A stretch of DNA of 64,000 nt from Alphaproteobacteria bacterium (GTDB lineage: Bacteria; Pseudomonadota; Alphaproteobacteria; Bin95): contig CBDAVA010000003.1 in assembly GCA_965200785.1 (NCBI GenBank), positions 2,594,605 to 2,658,604 of the forward strand, in the 5' to 3' direction. The translations under genes and the position numbers were made by a program. The notes under the pieces were generated by a model. The model saw only the letters and a list, made by a program, of their open reading frames with translations, was not told the origin of the DNA and searched no databases. Positions 41,399 through 52,369 of this stretch are shown in pieces. How positions within the stretch are numbered: position 1 is the first letter of the stretch; each line of letters starts with the position of its first letter.

Positions 41399-44318
41399 CG
41401 CGCCTCGCCCCGTCGCGGTCGTAGAAGACCGGATCGACGATCTGCGCCCGGCTGTCCCCCGTCGTCGCGGACACCCAGACCCAGTCGCCGCAGCGCGCCC
41501 GCCCGCCCTTGACGAGCGCAAGCGCGAAGCCCCGTTCCAGGGCCGCGCTCCAGTAGCTGGAAGTCACATGGCCCAGCATCGGCACGGGCGGCTCGGCGCG
41601 CGGCGCCTCGACGATCTGTGCGCCTTCCTGCAGCACCTCCAGGGTGTCCTCCGGCAGCAGGCCGACCAGCTGCTTGCGGTCCGGCCTCCGGCTGTCCGGA
41701 CGGGCGAGGGAACGGCGGCCGATGAAATCCTTGCGCGAGGAAACCATGCGCTCCATGCCCAGGTCGAGCGGCGTCACCGTGCCGTCGGTCTCATGGCCGA
41801 CCACGATGAAGCCCTTTTCGGCGCGCAGCACGTGCATCGCCTCGGTGCCGTAAGGCACGGCGCCGGCCTCGACCAGCCGCGTCCAGACCGGCAGGCACCG
41901 GCGCCAGGGCAAGTTGACCTCATAGGAAAGCTCGCCGGTGAAGGCGATGCGGCAGATACGGCCCGGTATTCCGCAAATCCGCCCCTCGCGCATCGACAGG
42001 AAAGGAAATGCCGCCGGGTCCAGGTCGACCTCCGCAACCAGCGGCTCCAGCAGCGCCCTCGCCTGCGGTCCGGACACCGTGATCGTGCCCCACTGTTCCG
42101 TGACCGAGGTGCAATAGACGCGCAGATCCGGCCATTCGGTCTGCAGCCATTCCTCCAGCCAGTCCAGCACGGCCGCTGCGTTGCCGCTGGTCGTGGTCAT
42201 CAGGTAGCGGTGCTCGCCGGTGCGCATCGTCACCCCGTCGTCGAACACCATGCCGTCCTCGCCCAGCATCAACCCGTAGCGGCAGCGCCCGATTCCGAGC
42301 GTCTTCCAGCCATTGGTATAGATGCGGTTCAGGAACTCGGCGGCATCGGGGCCGCGAATGTCGATCTTGCCGAGCGTGGAGGCGTCAAGGATGCCGGCCG
42401 CCTCGCGCGCCGCGCGGCATTCCCGCGCCACCGCCTCGCGCATCGTCTCGCCGGCCTTCGGGTAGTAGCGCGCCCGGCGCCATTGGCCGACCGGCTCGAA
42501 GACCGCCCCCTGCGCTTCCTGCCAGTCCTGCATCGGGGTGCGGCGAACCGGGTCGGCAAGCGCCGCGATATTGCGCCCTGCAAGCGCCCCGAAGGGCACC
42601 GGCGTGTAGGGAGGCCGAAAGGTCGTATGTCCGACCGCCGGCGGCGGCACACCGAGCCCCGCAGCCATCAGCGCCAACCCGTTGACATTGGAGGTCTTGC
42701 CCTGGTCGGTCGCCATGCCGAGCGTCGTCCAGCGCTTCAGATGCTCCACCGAGTGCATGCCCTCGCGCCGCGCAAGCGCGATGTCGGCGGCGGTGACATC
42801 GTTCTGGAAATCGACGAATGCCTTGCCGCGGCCGGCGGGCGGGACAAGCGGCGCAGGAGGCGGGCGCGGCGGCGGTTCGGACGGCGCCGGCGGAGCAGGG
42901 GCGGAGAAACCGAGCTCGCGTGCGAACGCCGCGCCTGCTCCGGCCCCGTCGGCAATGCAGCCTTCAAGATCGAACCGCCCGGCCGCAGCGCCTGCCGACC
43001 GCGCCGCCTGGGCCGGCTGGCCGGGAACGAAGGTTTGCAAGCCGGTGTCCCAGCGCAACAGGCCGCGGGACTGGCTGAAGAGATGCACAGCCGGATTCCA
43101 GCCGCCGCCCATCGCGATGAGATCGCAAGCGATGCGCTGGACCGCGCCGCCGCCGGCCGCGGCAATCTCGATCCCGCGAACCTTTCCGCGCCCGAGGCTT
43201 CGCACCGGCATTGCGCTGCGCATGACGGGCAGCCCGTCGCCGACCGCCGCGCTTTCGGAGCGCAGATCGACGAGCGCGGCCACCTCTCCGCCATGCTGCG
43301 CGAACTCGCGGGCGGCGGTATAGACGGAATCGTCATTGGCCAGAAAGACCGCGCGGCGGCCGGGCAATACGGCATAGCGATGAATATAGGCCGTGACGGC
43401 GCCCGCCAGCATGACGCCCGGCCGGTCATTGCCGGCAAATGCGAGCGGACGCTCGAGCGCGCCGGTCGCCAGCACCACCCGCCGGGCGCGGACATGCCAG
43501 ATGCGCTGGCGGGGCAATCCGGCGCGCTCCGACGGGGCGAGGCCGTCGGTCGGGCGCTCGGCCAGCGCAAGGTAGTTATGGTCGTAATAGCCGAAGGCGG
43601 TGGTGCGCGGCAGCAGCCGCGCGCTTGTCCCGGCAAGCATCCGCTCCACCCATGCCGGGCCTTCCTCGCCGGCAACGCACCCCGGCCCGTCAAGCAGCGA
43701 GCCGCCGAAATGCGGGCGCTCGTCGGCCAGCATGACGCGCGCGCCGGCCGCGGCCGCGGCATGGGCCGCCGCAATGCCCGCCGGCCCGCCGCCCACCACC
43801 AGAATGTCGCAATGGGCGTGCCGGTGCTCATATACCTCCGGGTCCGGCTCGCCCGGCGCGCGCGCCAGACCCGCCATCCGCCGGATCGCCGGGGCGTAGA
43901 TGCGGTTCCACCAGGAAGGCGGCCACATGAACGTCTTGTAGTAAAAGCCGGCGACGAACAGCCCCGACGCCAGACCGACCGCTGCTCCGAGATCGAGCCG
44001 GAGCGACGGCCAGCGGTTGACGCTCTCGGCGGCCAGCCCGTCATAGAGCTCGATTTCGGTGGCGCGCAGATTGGGTTCGGCGAAGCGTCCCGGCTCCAGC
44101 AGGACGAGAGCGTTCGGTTCCTCCGGCCCGGCGGCCATGACGCCGCGCGGCCGGTGATATTTGAAGCTGCGGGCGACCAACCTCACGCCATTGGCGAGCA
44201 GGGCCGAGGCCAGCGTATCGCCGGGGTGGCCGGTGTAGCGTCTTCCGTCGAAGCGGAAGACAAGCTCGCGCGACCGGTCGATCCGGCCGCCGGACGGCAG
44301 GCGGAACCGTGGGGTCAC
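41391..44318 (-). CDS. soxA: Sarcosine oxidase alpha subunit
   Basis: GDTLASALLANG, RSFKYHRPRG, GFYYKTF, DFQNDV, GMATDQG, DASTLGKI, LRAEKG. Confidence 0.94.
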   Translation of the reverse strand: MTPRFRLPSGGRIDRSRELVFRFDGRRYTGHPGDTLASALLANGVRLVARSFKYHRPRGVMAAGPEEPNALVLLEPGRFAEPNLRATEIELYDGLAAESVNRWPSLRLDLGAAVGLASGLFVAGFYYKTFMWPPSWWNRIYAPAIRRMAGLARAPGEPDPEVYEHRHAHCDILVVGGGPAGIAAAHAAAAAGARVMLADERPHFGGSLLDGPGCVAGEEGPAWVERMLAGTSARLLPRTTAFGYYDHNYLALAERPTDGLAPSERAGLPRQRIWHVRARRVVLATGALERPLAFAGNDRPGVMLAGAVTAYIHRYAVLPGRRAVFLANDDSVYTAAREFAQHGGEVAALVDLRSESAAVGDGLPVMRSAMPVRSLGRGKVRGIEIAAAGGGAVQRIACDLIAMGGGWNPAVHLFSQSRGLLRWDTGLQTFVPGQPAQAARSAGAAAGRFDLEGCIADGAGAGAAFARELGFSAPAPPAPSEPPPRPPPAPLVPPAGRGKAFVDFQNDVTAADIALARREGMHSVEHLKRWTTLGMATDQGKTSNVNGLALMAAGLGVPPPAVGHTTFRPPYTPVPFGALAGRNIAALADPVRRTPMQDWQEAQGAVFEPVGQWRRARYYPKAGETMREAVARECRAAREAAGILDASTLGKIDIRGPDAAEFLNRIYTNGWKTLGIGRCRYGLMLGEDGMVFDDGVTMRTGEHRYLMTTTSGNAAAVLDWLEEWLQTEWPDLRVYCTSVTEQWGTITVSGPQARALLEPLVAEVDLDPAAFPFLSMREGRICGIPGRICRIAFTGELSYEVNLPWRRCLPVWTRLVEAGAVPYGTEAMHVLRAEKGFIVVGHETDGTVTPLDLGMERMVSSRKDFIGRRSLARPDSRRPDRKQLVGLLPEDTLEVLQEGAQIVEAPRAEPPVPMLGHVTSSYWSAALERGFALALVKGGRARCGDWVWVSATTGDSRAQIVDPVFYDRDGARRDG

Positions 44319-44605
44319 GTCTCCGCCTCCCGCTGCTCCGGCCGGGATGCGCCCATCGGATAGACCGCCGCGAAGTCGTGACTGACCGTATGGCGAAGCG
44401 CATTGAACCAGCGCCGGCAGCCCTGGGCGTGCATCCAGCGCTCGGCGTGAACGCCCTTGGGGTTGGCGCGCATGAACAGATAGTCGGCCCAGGCTTCGTC
44501 GGAGAGCGCATCAGGGTCAGCGGGCCGCGCGATATGCGCCTCGCCGCCATAGTGGAATTCGGTCTCGGCGCGCGGGCCGCACCAGGGACACTCGATCTGC
44601 ATCAT
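44315..44605 (-). CDS. soxD: Sarcosine oxidase delta subunit
   Basis: CPWCGPR..EF, NPKG, WMHAQGCRRWF Zn ligands. Confidence 0.92.
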   Translation of the reverse strand: MMQIECPWCGPRAETEFHYGGEAHIARPADPDALSDEAWADYLFMRANPKGVHAERWMHAQGCRRWFNALRHTVSHDFAAVYPMGASRPEQREAET

Positions 44606-44619
44606 GCCGGCATCCCCCT

Positions 44620-45870
44620 TCAGTGCGCCACGGCGGCTGCGCCGTGTTCGTCGATCAGCGCGCCGGAGACGAAGCGGTCGAGCCGGAAGGGCGCGTTCAG
44701 CGGATGCGGCTCGTCGCGCGCGACGGTATGGGCGAAGGTCCAGCCCGAACTCGGCGTCGCCTTGAAGCCGCCGGTGCCCCAGCCGCAATTGATATAAAGA
44801 CCCTCGACGGGCGTCTTGGAGACGATCGGCGAGGCGTCGGGGCAGACATCGACGATGCCGCCCCAGCTCCGAAGCAGCCGCACGCGGCTGAAAGCCGGAA
44901 ATAGCTGCATCAGCGCGGCCAACTGGTCTTCCAGCACATGCAGCCCGCCGCGTTGTCCATAGCTGTTGAAGGGGTCAATGCCGGCGCCCAGCACCAGCTC
45001 GCCCTTGTCGGACTGGCTGATATAGACATGCACGGCGTTCGACATCACCACGCAGTCGAGCACCGGCTTCAGCGGCTCGGAGACCATGGCTTGGAGCGGG
45101 TGGCTCTCCACCGGCAGGCGCAGGCCCGCCATTTCGGCCAGAACGGATGAATGGCCGGCCGCCACCAGCGCCACTTTCCTTGCGCCGATGAAGCCGCGGG
45201 TCGTTTCGACGCCCGTGACGCGCCCGCGCGCGCGCCGGATGCCGGTGACCTCGCAATGCTGGAGAATATCGACACCCCGCGCATCGGCCCCGCGCGCATA
45301 GCCCCAGGCCACGGCATCATGCCGGGCGACGCCGCCGCGCCGCTGCAGGGTTGCGCCGAGGACGGGATAGCGGACCGACGGCGAGATCGAGATCGGCGGG
45401 CAGAACGCCTTGACGCCCCTCGCGTCCAGCCATTCCGCATCGACCCCGTTCAGGCGGTTGGCGTTCACCCGACGGATCGACTCGCGCACATCATGCTCGG
45501 TATGGGCCAGATTCAGCACGCCGCGCTGGCGCAGCATGATGTTGAAATTGAGTTCGCGGGAGAGGCCTTCCCAGAGCTTCAGCCCGTGCTCGTAGATCGC
45601 CGCGCTTTCATCCCACAGATAGTTGGAACGGATGATGGTGGTGTTGCGCGCGATATTGCCGCCGGCCAGCCAGCCCTTTTCCAGCACTGCGACATCGGTG
45701 ATGCCGTGTTCCCTGGCGAGATAATAGGCCGTCGCCAGCCCGTGCCCGCCGCCGCCGACGATGACGACATCGTAGGACGGCTTGGGCGCCGGCGAACGCC
45801 AGAGCTCCTGCCACCCTCGGTGGCCGGTGAGCGCGTTGCGCGCAAGGGAGAAGATCGAGTAGCGCGCCAT
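44620..45870 (-). CDS. soxB: Sarcosine oxidase beta subunit
   Basis: [50 protein letters not shown]. Confidence 0.95.
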   Translation of the reverse strand: MARYSIFSLARNALTGHRGWQELWRSPAPKPSYDVVIVGGGGHGLATAYYLAREHGITDVAVLEKGWLAGGNIARNTTIIRSNYLWDESAAIYEHGLKLWEGLSRELNFNIMLRQRGVLNLAHTEHDVRESIRRVNANRLNGVDAEWLDARGVKAFCPPISISPSVRYPVLGATLQRRGGVARHDAVAWGYARGADARGVDILQHCEVTGIRRARGRVTGVETTRGFIGARKVALVAAGHSSVLAEMAGLRLPVESHPLQAMVSEPLKPVLDCVVMSNAVHVYISQSDKGELVLGAGIDPFNSYGQRGGLHVLEDQLAALMQLFPAFSRVRLLRSWGGIVDVCPDASPIVSKTPVEGLYINCGWGTGGFKATPSSGWTFAHTVARDEPHPLNAPFRLDRFVSGALIDEHGAAAVAH

Positions 45871-45942
45871 GCAATCACGCCTACGCTGTCATTTCGGTGC
45901 TCATAACCCAGGCGGGCGCCGGACTCCAGAAGATTGCCTCGC

Positions 45943-45972
45943 TTGACAGTCTGCCGCACTGCCTCCTGTAAT
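45943..45972 (+). promoter_or_regulatory. Putative sigma70 promoter of the second ABC operon
   Basis: TTGACA-N18-TGTAAT about 55 nt upstream of ATG 46027. Confidence 0.45.
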
Positions 45973-46026
45973 GTTGGCGATGGTGTTCTTGGAACGCCCG
46001 GAACTGCAGGGAGGAGTTGGAGTCCG

Positions 46027-47658
46027 ATGCTTCGTCGAAATCGCATTCTCGCAGGTTTGGCTGCGTCGGCTGTCATCGCGTTCTCCGCCGCACATGCGGC
46101 GGATCAGGAGGGCACCCTGGTGGTGGCTCTGGAGACGCTGGGCGGCCAGACCATGGACCCGATCCTGGAAGACAGGGCGCCCCACGCCCACTACCAGGCG
46201 CCGATCTACGATGCCCTGATCGGGTTCAACTACAAGGAAGGCGGCCTCGGGCCGGGCGTGACCGAACGCTGGGAACTCGCCGAGGACGGGTTGAGCTGGT
46301 TTTTCCATCTTCAGAAAGACCTCAAATGGCATAACGGCGACCCGCTGACCGCGCATGATGTGAAGTTCAGCCTCGAACGCACGATGTCGGAGGAGTCGCT
46401 GTCGTCACGCGCTGCGGCCTTGCGCCGGAATGTGAAGAGCATCGAGGTCGTCGACGACCACACGGTGCGTGTCTATACCAACGGCGTCCAGGTGCACTTC
46501 CCGGCCGGCTTGAGCCGCGCTGTGTTCCAGGAAGGGCAGTTGATGCCCAAAAACTACATCGAGACGGTTGGCGTCGAGAAGTTCCGCAGCGAACCCGTCG
46601 GCAGCGGCCCGTGGAAGTTCGTCGAGAGCGTTCCGGGCGACTATATTGAATTCGAGGCCGTCGAGGGTCCGCACTGGCGCGGCACGCCGAATTTCAAGCG
46701 CCTGCGCATTCTGCTGGTCCCGGAAGAGAGCACGCGCGTTGCGATGGTGCGCACGGGAGAGGCCGCGATCGCAAGCATCAGTCCCGAGTCCATCCAGGAA
46801 GTCCAGGCGGCGAACCTGAAGCTCGTGACTGTGCCGGCGACCATGCAGGCAATCTATCAGTTCTGGGGCACCTACAAGGAAGGTCACAAGGATTCGCCGC
46901 TGGCGGACAAACGCGTGCGCGAGGCCCTGTCGCTCGCGATCGACCGCCAGCAGATCATCGACCATGTGATGTACGGGCAGGCGCGCTGGCCGATGCCGTT
47001 CGCAACCTTCCCCTATGCCGTGGATACCGATATCGCGAAATGGCAGGCCTGGGGCCGCGAGGCGCTGCGCTACGACCCCGAACGCGCCAAGGAGCTGCTG
47101 GCTGAAGCAGGCTATCCGGACGGGTTCGAGATGACCTTCGCGAACACCGCCCTGCCGGGCACGCCCTACATGGTCCAGATCGGCATCGCCGTCGCAGACT
47201 TCTGGTCGAAAATCGGCGTCAAGGTGAACCTCAAGCATTATGAATGGGGCGCCTTCCGGCTGCTTTACCGGGGAGAGCAAAAGGCGCTCGCCGGCGCAGC
47301 CTCGATGTTCCGCACGGCCGGGCGGCCGGTCGCCGTTGCGCGCTATTCAGGCGGCTTCACGAGCAAGGGAGGCCACCACCTGTTTGGCGACGAGAAGGAA
47401 TGCGACGCCTTCTGCCAGGCCTATGACAAGCTGCATCAGGAGGTCGTAACCGCGCAGGATGCGGCGGTGCGGGCGCAGAAGACCGACGACATGCTCACGA
47501 TGGTGGCCGACTCATGGATGGCTGTGCCAATCATCGAGGGCATGGGCTACTGGGCCGTTAATCCGGAAGAGGTTGGCGCGTTCGAGACCATCCCGGGCCG
47601 CCATGAGCTTGGCGACGTGTTCGAGCGTATGCCAAGGCCGGAGCAAAAGCCCTGGTAA
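46027..47658 (+). CDS. ABC transporter substrate-binding protein (family 5)
   Basis: Signal peptide, WHNGDPLTAHDVKFS, VGSGPWKF, VREALSLAIDR, LLAEAGYPDGF. GGAGG upstream. Confidence 0.88.
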   Translation: MLRRNRILAGLAASAVIAFSAAHAADQEGTLVVALETLGGQTMDPILEDRAPHAHYQAPIYDALIGFNYKEGGLGPGVTERWELAEDGLSWFFHLQKDLKWHNGDPLTAHDVKFSLERTMSEESLSSRAAALRRNVKSIEVVDDHTVRVYTNGVQVHFPAGLSRAVFQEGQLMPKNYIETVGVEKFRSEPVGSGPWKFVESVPGDYIEFEAVEGPHWRGTPNFKRLRILLVPEESTRVAMVRTGEAAIASISPESIQEVQAANLKLVTVPATMQAIYQFWGTYKEGHKDSPLADKRVREALSLAIDRQQIIDHVMYGQARWPMPFATFPYAVDTDIAKWQAWGREALRYDPERAKELLAEAGYPDGFEMTFANTALPGTPYMVQIGIAVADFWSKIGVKVNLKHYEWGAFRLLYRGEQKALAGAASMFRTAGRPVAVARYSGGFTSKGGHHLFGDEKECDAFCQAYDKLHQEVVTAQDAAVRAQKTDDMLTMVADSWMAVPIIEGMGYWAVNPEEVGAFETIPGRHELGDVFERMPRPEQKPW

Positions 47659-47673
47659 CGCGGCACTAGGACG

Positions 47674-47717
47674 GACGACCGGTTCCTGGCTCCGGCCGGG
47701 AACCGGCGTCTTTTTTT
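47674..47717 (+). terminator. Intrinsic terminator / stoichiometry hairpin after the SBP gene
   Basis: Long GC stem GACG(A)CCGGTTCCTGGC-tccg-GCCGGGAACCGGCGTC followed by T7. Confidence 0.75.
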
Positions 47718-47748
47718 GGCCCCGAACACGCCGAGCAGGGCAGGCCCC

Positions 47749-48666
47749 ATGCAGCGTTACATCTTGCAGCGTTTCATCCAGGGCGCAGTGCTGCTCGTGG
47801 TCGTGACCTCGATCGTGTTCTTCGTGGGCCGGATGACCGGCAACCCGGTCGATATGATGCTGCCGGAGGATGCGACCGAAGAAGACCGGCAGGACATGAT
47901 CAAGCGCCTCAAGCTTGACGGGTCGGTTATCGACCAGTTCGGGGTGTTTCTGGTCGATGCCGTCCAAGGCGATCTCGGAACGTCGATCCGCTACCGGCAG
48001 CCGGCAACCGACATCTTCTTTTCGCGCCTTCCGAACACGATGGCGATGATCCCGCCTGCGATGATCCTGGCCATTGTGATGGCGGTGCCGCTGGGCATTC
48101 TGTCGGCGCTGCGCCGAGGCGGGCTCATCGACCGGATTTCGGCCGGCATTGCGGTCCTGGGCATATCCACGCCGAATTTCTGGCTTGGAATTGTGCTCAT
48201 CTACCTGTTCAGCGTGTCGCTCGGCTGGCTGCCGTCGAGTCGGATGGGCGGCGCGCTGCACTATGTCATGCCGACGATCACGCTCGGGACCTTTCTGGTC
48301 GCCGGGTTCATGCGGTTGATCCGTTCAAGCATGTTGGAAACCCTGGACAGCGAGTTCGTGAAGCTGGCCCGGATCAAGGGCGTGAGCGAAACCGTCGTGA
48401 TCTGGAAGCACTGTCTGCGCAATGCGCTCATTCCGGTGCTGAGCCTCTGGGGTGTCTTCATGGGCGGCCTGGTGACCGGCGCCATCGTGACCGAAACCGT
48501 CTTCGCCTGGCCCGGCATCGGCCGGTTGACCTATGAGGCCGTCATCTTCCGGGACTATCCGCTGCTTCAGGCCGTCATCATCATGGACGCCATCTTCATC
48601 CTCGCCATCAATCTGCTGGTCGATATTCTCTACGCCTATGTCGATCCCAGAATCCGGTTCGAGTAG
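47749..48666 (+). CDS. Peptide/nickel ABC permease (DppB-like)
   Basis: GDLGTS, PNFWLG, LARIKG, HCLRNA, RDYPLLQ. Confidence 0.9.
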   Translation: MQRYILQRFIQGAVLLVVVTSIVFFVGRMTGNPVDMMLPEDATEEDRQDMIKRLKLDGSVIDQFGVFLVDAVQGDLGTSIRYRQPATDIFFSRLPNTMAMIPPAMILAIVMAVPLGILSALRRGGLIDRISAGIAVLGISTPNFWLGIVLIYLFSVSLGWLPSSRMGGALHYVMPTITLGTFLVAGFMRLIRSSMLETLDSEFVKLARIKGVSETVVIWKHCLRNALIPVLSLWGVFMGGLVTGAIVTETVFAWPGIGRLTYEAVIFRDYPLLQAVIIMDAIFILAINLLVDILYAYVDPRIRFE

Positions 48667-48674
48667 ATTAGGCG

Positions 48675-49499
48675 ATGCGGCGGCTCCCCCTCATATCCTT
48701 CGCGATCATCGGCGCCATGATCTTCGTTGCCGTGTTCGCGCCGTGGCTGACGCCGCATTCACCCATCGAGCAGTCCCTGCCAAACAAGCTGCTGCCTCCG
48801 TTCTGGGAGGAAGGCGGCTCGACGAAATATCTGCTCGGCACAGACATTTTCGGCCGCGATCTGCTGACCCGGCTGTTCTACGGGGCGCGCGTCAGCCTGG
48901 CGGTTACGGCGCTGGCGCTTACGGCCGGCGGCGGCGTCGGCCTGTTTCTCGGCATCGTCTCCGGTTATGTGGGCGGCAAGCTGGATGCGTTCCTGATGCG
49001 GGTCGTCGATGCCGCATTCGCCTTTCCGACCATCCTGTTCGCGCTGCTGCTGGCAGTGACCATGGGGCAAGGCATGGACACGCTGGTGATTGCGCTGAGT
49101 CTCTTCCTGTGGGCCGGCTTCGCGCGCGTGATCCGCGGAGAGGTGCTGGCGATCAAGCAACGCGATTTCGTCGCGCTCGCCAGGGTTCACGGCAGCTCGC
49201 CGGCACGGATCATGTTCGTCCATATCCTTCCCAATGTGCTCAACACCTTCATGGTGCTGCTGACCCTGAATGTTGGCGTCATTATCGTGGCAGAGGCTTC
49301 GCTGAGCTTTCTTGGCGCAGGCGTGCCGCCGCCAACGCCCTCCTGGGGCCTCATGGTGGCCGAGGGCCGGGGCAAGATTACCAGCGCGTGGTGGCTGTCG
49401 CTCATTCCGGGCATCGCCATCACGCTTGTTGTGCTTTCCTTCAACCTCTTCGGCGACTGGCTGCGCGACCGGCTGGACCCGAAGCTGCGCCAGCTCTAG
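48675..49499 (+). CDS. Peptide/nickel ABC permease (DppC-like)
   Basis: LGTDIFGRD, HILPNV, EASLSFLG, PSWG. Confidence 0.9.
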   Translation: MRRLPLISFAIIGAMIFVAVFAPWLTPHSPIEQSLPNKLLPPFWEEGGSTKYLLGTDIFGRDLLTRLFYGARVSLAVTALALTAGGGVGLFLGIVSGYVGGKLDAFLMRVVDAAFAFPTILFALLLAVTMGQGMDTLVIALSLFLWAGFARVIRGEVLAIKQRDFVALARVHGSSPARIMFVHILPNVLNTFMVLLTLNVGVIIVAEASLSFLGAGVPPPTPSWGLMVAEGRGKITSAWWLSLIPGIAITLVVLSFNLFGDWLRDRLDPKLRQL

Positions 49500-49517
49500 C
49501 GGGAGCCCGAGAATTCG

Positions 49518-50489
49518 ATGGACGCGCCCCCGGTTCTCGAAGTCCAGAACCTGCATACGCACTTCTTTCTGCGGCGCGGCGTCGTCAAGGCGGTGGACGG
49601 CGTGTCGTTCTCGCTCCGGCGCGGCGAGGTGCTGGGCCTTGTCGGCGAATCCGGCTGCGGCAAGAGTCTGACAGCGCTCTCGATATTGCGGCTGCTGCCG
49701 CAAGCGGCCGCGCGGACGATCGAGGGCCGCGTGCTCCTCAATGGCGAGGACCTGCTTGCCAAGTCTCCGGGCGAAATGCGGACCCTGCGCGGGCGGCGGA
49801 TCGCGATGATCCTGCAAGACCCGCAGACATCGCTCAACCCGGTGTTCAGCATCGGCAACCAATTGCACGAGGCGCTCGCCAGGAGGCCCGACGACAGCGG
49901 CCGCTCCTTGCGGCAACGGGCCGTCGATGTGCTGCGCCGGGTGCGGCTGGCGGCGCCGGAGCAGCGGGTCGGGCAATATCCGCATGAGTTGAGCGGCGGC
50001 ATGAAACAGCGCGTCGTCGGCGCCATCGCAATAAGCTGTGCGCCCGAGGTGATGATCGCCGACGAACCGACGACCGCGCTGGACGTCACCATTCAGCTTC
50101 AATATCTGGACCTGCTCAAGGAGCTGCAAGCCTCGCTCGGCATGGGCATCCTCTTCATCACCCACGACTTCGGCGTCGTCGCCCGGATGTGCGACCGTGT
50201 CGCGGTGATGTATGCAGGGCGGATCGTGGAAACAGGGCCGGTGCGCGAAATCTTCGACAACCCGGTGCATCCCTACACCCAGGCGTTGATTGCGTCGGTG
50301 CCGAAGCTGCGGCGCAAGACCGGGCGGCTGCGCGCCATCGAGGGGCAGCCACCGGCGCTTTCCGACCTGCCTGCCGGTTGCCGGTTCGCGGACCGCTGCC
50401 CCCATATGGAGCCGCGCTGCCTGGAGCACTATCCGGAAACCGTCTCTGTCGGCGACAACCACACCGCCACTTGCTGGCTGGCGGCATGA
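49518..50489 (+). CDS. Peptide/nickel ABC ATP-binding subunit (DppD-like)
   Basis: [28 protein letters not shown]. Confidence 0.9.
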   Translation: MDAPPVLEVQNLHTHFFLRRGVVKAVDGVSFSLRRGEVLGLVGESGCGKSLTALSILRLLPQAAARTIEGRVLLNGEDLLAKSPGEMRTLRGRRIAMILQDPQTSLNPVFSIGNQLHEALARRPDDSGRSLRQRAVDVLRRVRLAAPEQRVGQYPHELSGGMKQRVVGAIAISCAPEVMIADEPTTALDVTIQLQYLDLLKELQASLGMGILFITHDFGVVARMCDRVAVMYAGRIVETGPVREIFDNPVHPYTQALIASVPKLRRKTGRLRAIEGQPPALSDLPAGCRFADRCPHMEPRCLEHYPETVSVGDNHTATCWLAA

Positions 50490-51460
50490 GCGCCGCGCCG
50501 GTTCTCGAGGTCCACGACCTCAGCAAGCACTACCCGGTGCGCAAGGGCATCCTGTTTTCGCGGGAGGTCGGACAGGTCCGGGCCGTGGACGGCATCAACT
50601 TCTCGATTGGCGAGGGTGAAACGCTGGGCCTTGTCGGCGAGTCCGGCTGCGGCAAGACAACAACCTCCCGGCTGGTGCTCGGCCTCGAAACCCCGACGGC
50701 CGGCGATGTGCTGCTGGAAGGCCGGTCGTGGCAGAACCTGTCGGGCCGGGACCGGCAGGACTATCATGCCAAGGTGCAGGCGGTGTTTCAGGATCCCTGG
50801 TCGTCGTTGAACCCGCGAATGCATGTTGGCGACATTGTTGCGGAGTCGCTTCGGATCGCAAAATGGGGCACGCGGGCCGAGATCGCGGAGCGGGTCGCGT
50901 TGCTGATGGTTCAGGTCGGCCTGCGCCCGGAACATGCGCGGCAATATCCGCATGAGTTCAGCGGCGGCCAACGCCAGCGCATCGCGCTTGCCAGCGCGCT
51001 GGCCATCGGCCCCAGGCTGATTGTGCTGGACGAGCCCGTGTCGGCGCTGGATGTGTCGATCCGCGCCCAGATGATGAACCTTCTGAAGGATGTCCAGGAA
51101 CGCGACAATGTCGCCTATCTTCTGGTCGCCCACGATCTCGCCACGGTGCGCCACATGTCCGAGTGGACCGCGGTGATGTATCTCGGCCAGATCGTCGAAT
51201 ATGCGCCGACAGAGAGCCTGTTCGAGCATGTGCGCCACCCCTATACGCGGGCGCTGTTCTCGGCCGTGCTGCCGGACCATCCGGACCGGCAGGAGGAGGG
51301 GATTGTCCTTTCCGGCGAGGTGCCCTCGCCGCTCGACCCGCCCGGCGGATGCCGGTTCCACACGCGCTGCCCGTTCGCCATGGACATCTGCTCCCGGGTC
51401 GCGCCGCCGCTCACAGAGTCCGGGTCGGGCCATCTGGCGGCGTGTCATCTCGAGGAGTAA
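50486..51460 (+). CDS. Peptide/nickel ABC ATP-binding subunit (DppF-like)
   Basis: [29 protein letters not shown] overlap at 50486. Confidence 0.9.
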   Translation: MSAAPVLEVHDLSKHYPVRKGILFSREVGQVRAVDGINFSIGEGETLGLVGESGCGKTTTSRLVLGLETPTAGDVLLEGRSWQNLSGRDRQDYHAKVQAVFQDPWSSLNPRMHVGDIVAESLRIAKWGTRAEIAERVALLMVQVGLRPEHARQYPHEFSGGQRQRIALASALAIGPRLIVLDEPVSALDVSIRAQMMNLLKDVQERDNVAYLLVAHDLATVRHMSEWTAVMYLGQIVEYAPTESLFEHVRHPYTRALFSAVLPDHPDRQEEGIVLSGEVPSPLDPPGGCRFHTRCPFAMDICSRVAPPLTESGSGHLAACHLEE

Positions 51461-51510
51461 ACCGGGGGCGGCGCTCTTCTGATCGTTCCACAACACTGCG
51501 AGGCCAGGAC

Positions 51511-52323
51511 ATGGCATTTGTCGAAACGGAGATTCACGGCCAGACCATGGTTGTCCGGCTCAACCGGCCGGAGCGTCTCAACGCGCTCAGCGCGGTCATC
51601 CGCCAGGGCATGGCGGAAGCGTTCTCGGAGTTCCGGGACAATGACGGCCTGGAGGTCGCGATACTGACCGGGACCGGGCGGGGCTTCTGCGCCGGCGAGG
51701 ACATGAAGGAGTCGATCGAGCGGGGAGGCGTCGGCTCGCCGGACGACGATCTCGACGACCCGTTTGCGGACGGAACCCTGCAAAAGCCTGTCATTGCGGC
51801 CGTCAACGGTTTCGCAATGGGCGGCGGGTTCATGCTGGTGGAGCGCACCGATCTCCGCGTCGCGGTCAAGGGCGCCCTGTTCGAGATTTCCGAAGCGAAA
51901 CGCTGGCTGCTCGGCGGCTACAATCACGGCTTCATCGCCAACCTGCCCTATCCGGTGGCGATGGAAATGGCATTCGGCTTCCGTTTCACGGCCGAGCGGT
52001 TCCACGAGCTCGGCTTCATCAACCGGCTGGTCGAACCGCAGGATCTGATGCCGACCGCCATGGAGATGGCCGACCATCTGCTGAGCCTGCCGCCGGCGTC
52101 GCGCGTCAATACCCTCTACATGATGCGCCAGATGCGGGCCCAGGTGTCGCCGCCCCTGGAGCGGCTGGCTGCAGCACTGCATCAGCACGGCTGTCTGGAG
52201 GACCGGATGGAGTCCCGCCGGGCCTTTGCCGAGAAGCGGAAACCCGACTTCAAGGGCTGGAACGACCCGGCCGACCGGTACCGGATGCCGACCCTCGAAT
52301 CCGTCATGGCCGGGGACGACTGA
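51511..52323 (+). CDS. Enoyl-CoA hydratase/isomerase family protein
   Basis: LNRPERLNALS, FCAGED, KPVIAAVNGFAMGGG, AFAEKRKP. Confidence 0.85.
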   Translation: MAFVETEIHGQTMVVRLNRPERLNALSAVIRQGMAEAFSEFRDNDGLEVAILTGTGRGFCAGEDMKESIERGGVGSPDDDLDDPFADGTLQKPVIAAVNGFAMGGGFMLVERTDLRVAVKGALFEISEAKRWLLGGYNHGFIANLPYPVAMEMAFGFRFTAERFHELGFINRLVEPQDLMPTAMEMADHLLSLPPASRVNTLYMMRQMRAQVSPPLERLAAALHQHGCLEDRMESRRAFAEKRKPDFKGWNDPADRYRMPTLESVMAGDD

Positions 52324-52369
52324 TCCGGGCCGCCCCCGCACCGCAACACTGAAGCAAGGAACAGACACC

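Noticed and set aside
41001-44363. 1120-aa plus-strand ORF, and similar long antisense ORFs (1629-3323, 22456-24429, 52304-54736)
   Set aside because: They are shadow ORFs opposite well-supported genes, expected in high-GC DNA with strong codon bias, and have no recognisable motifs.
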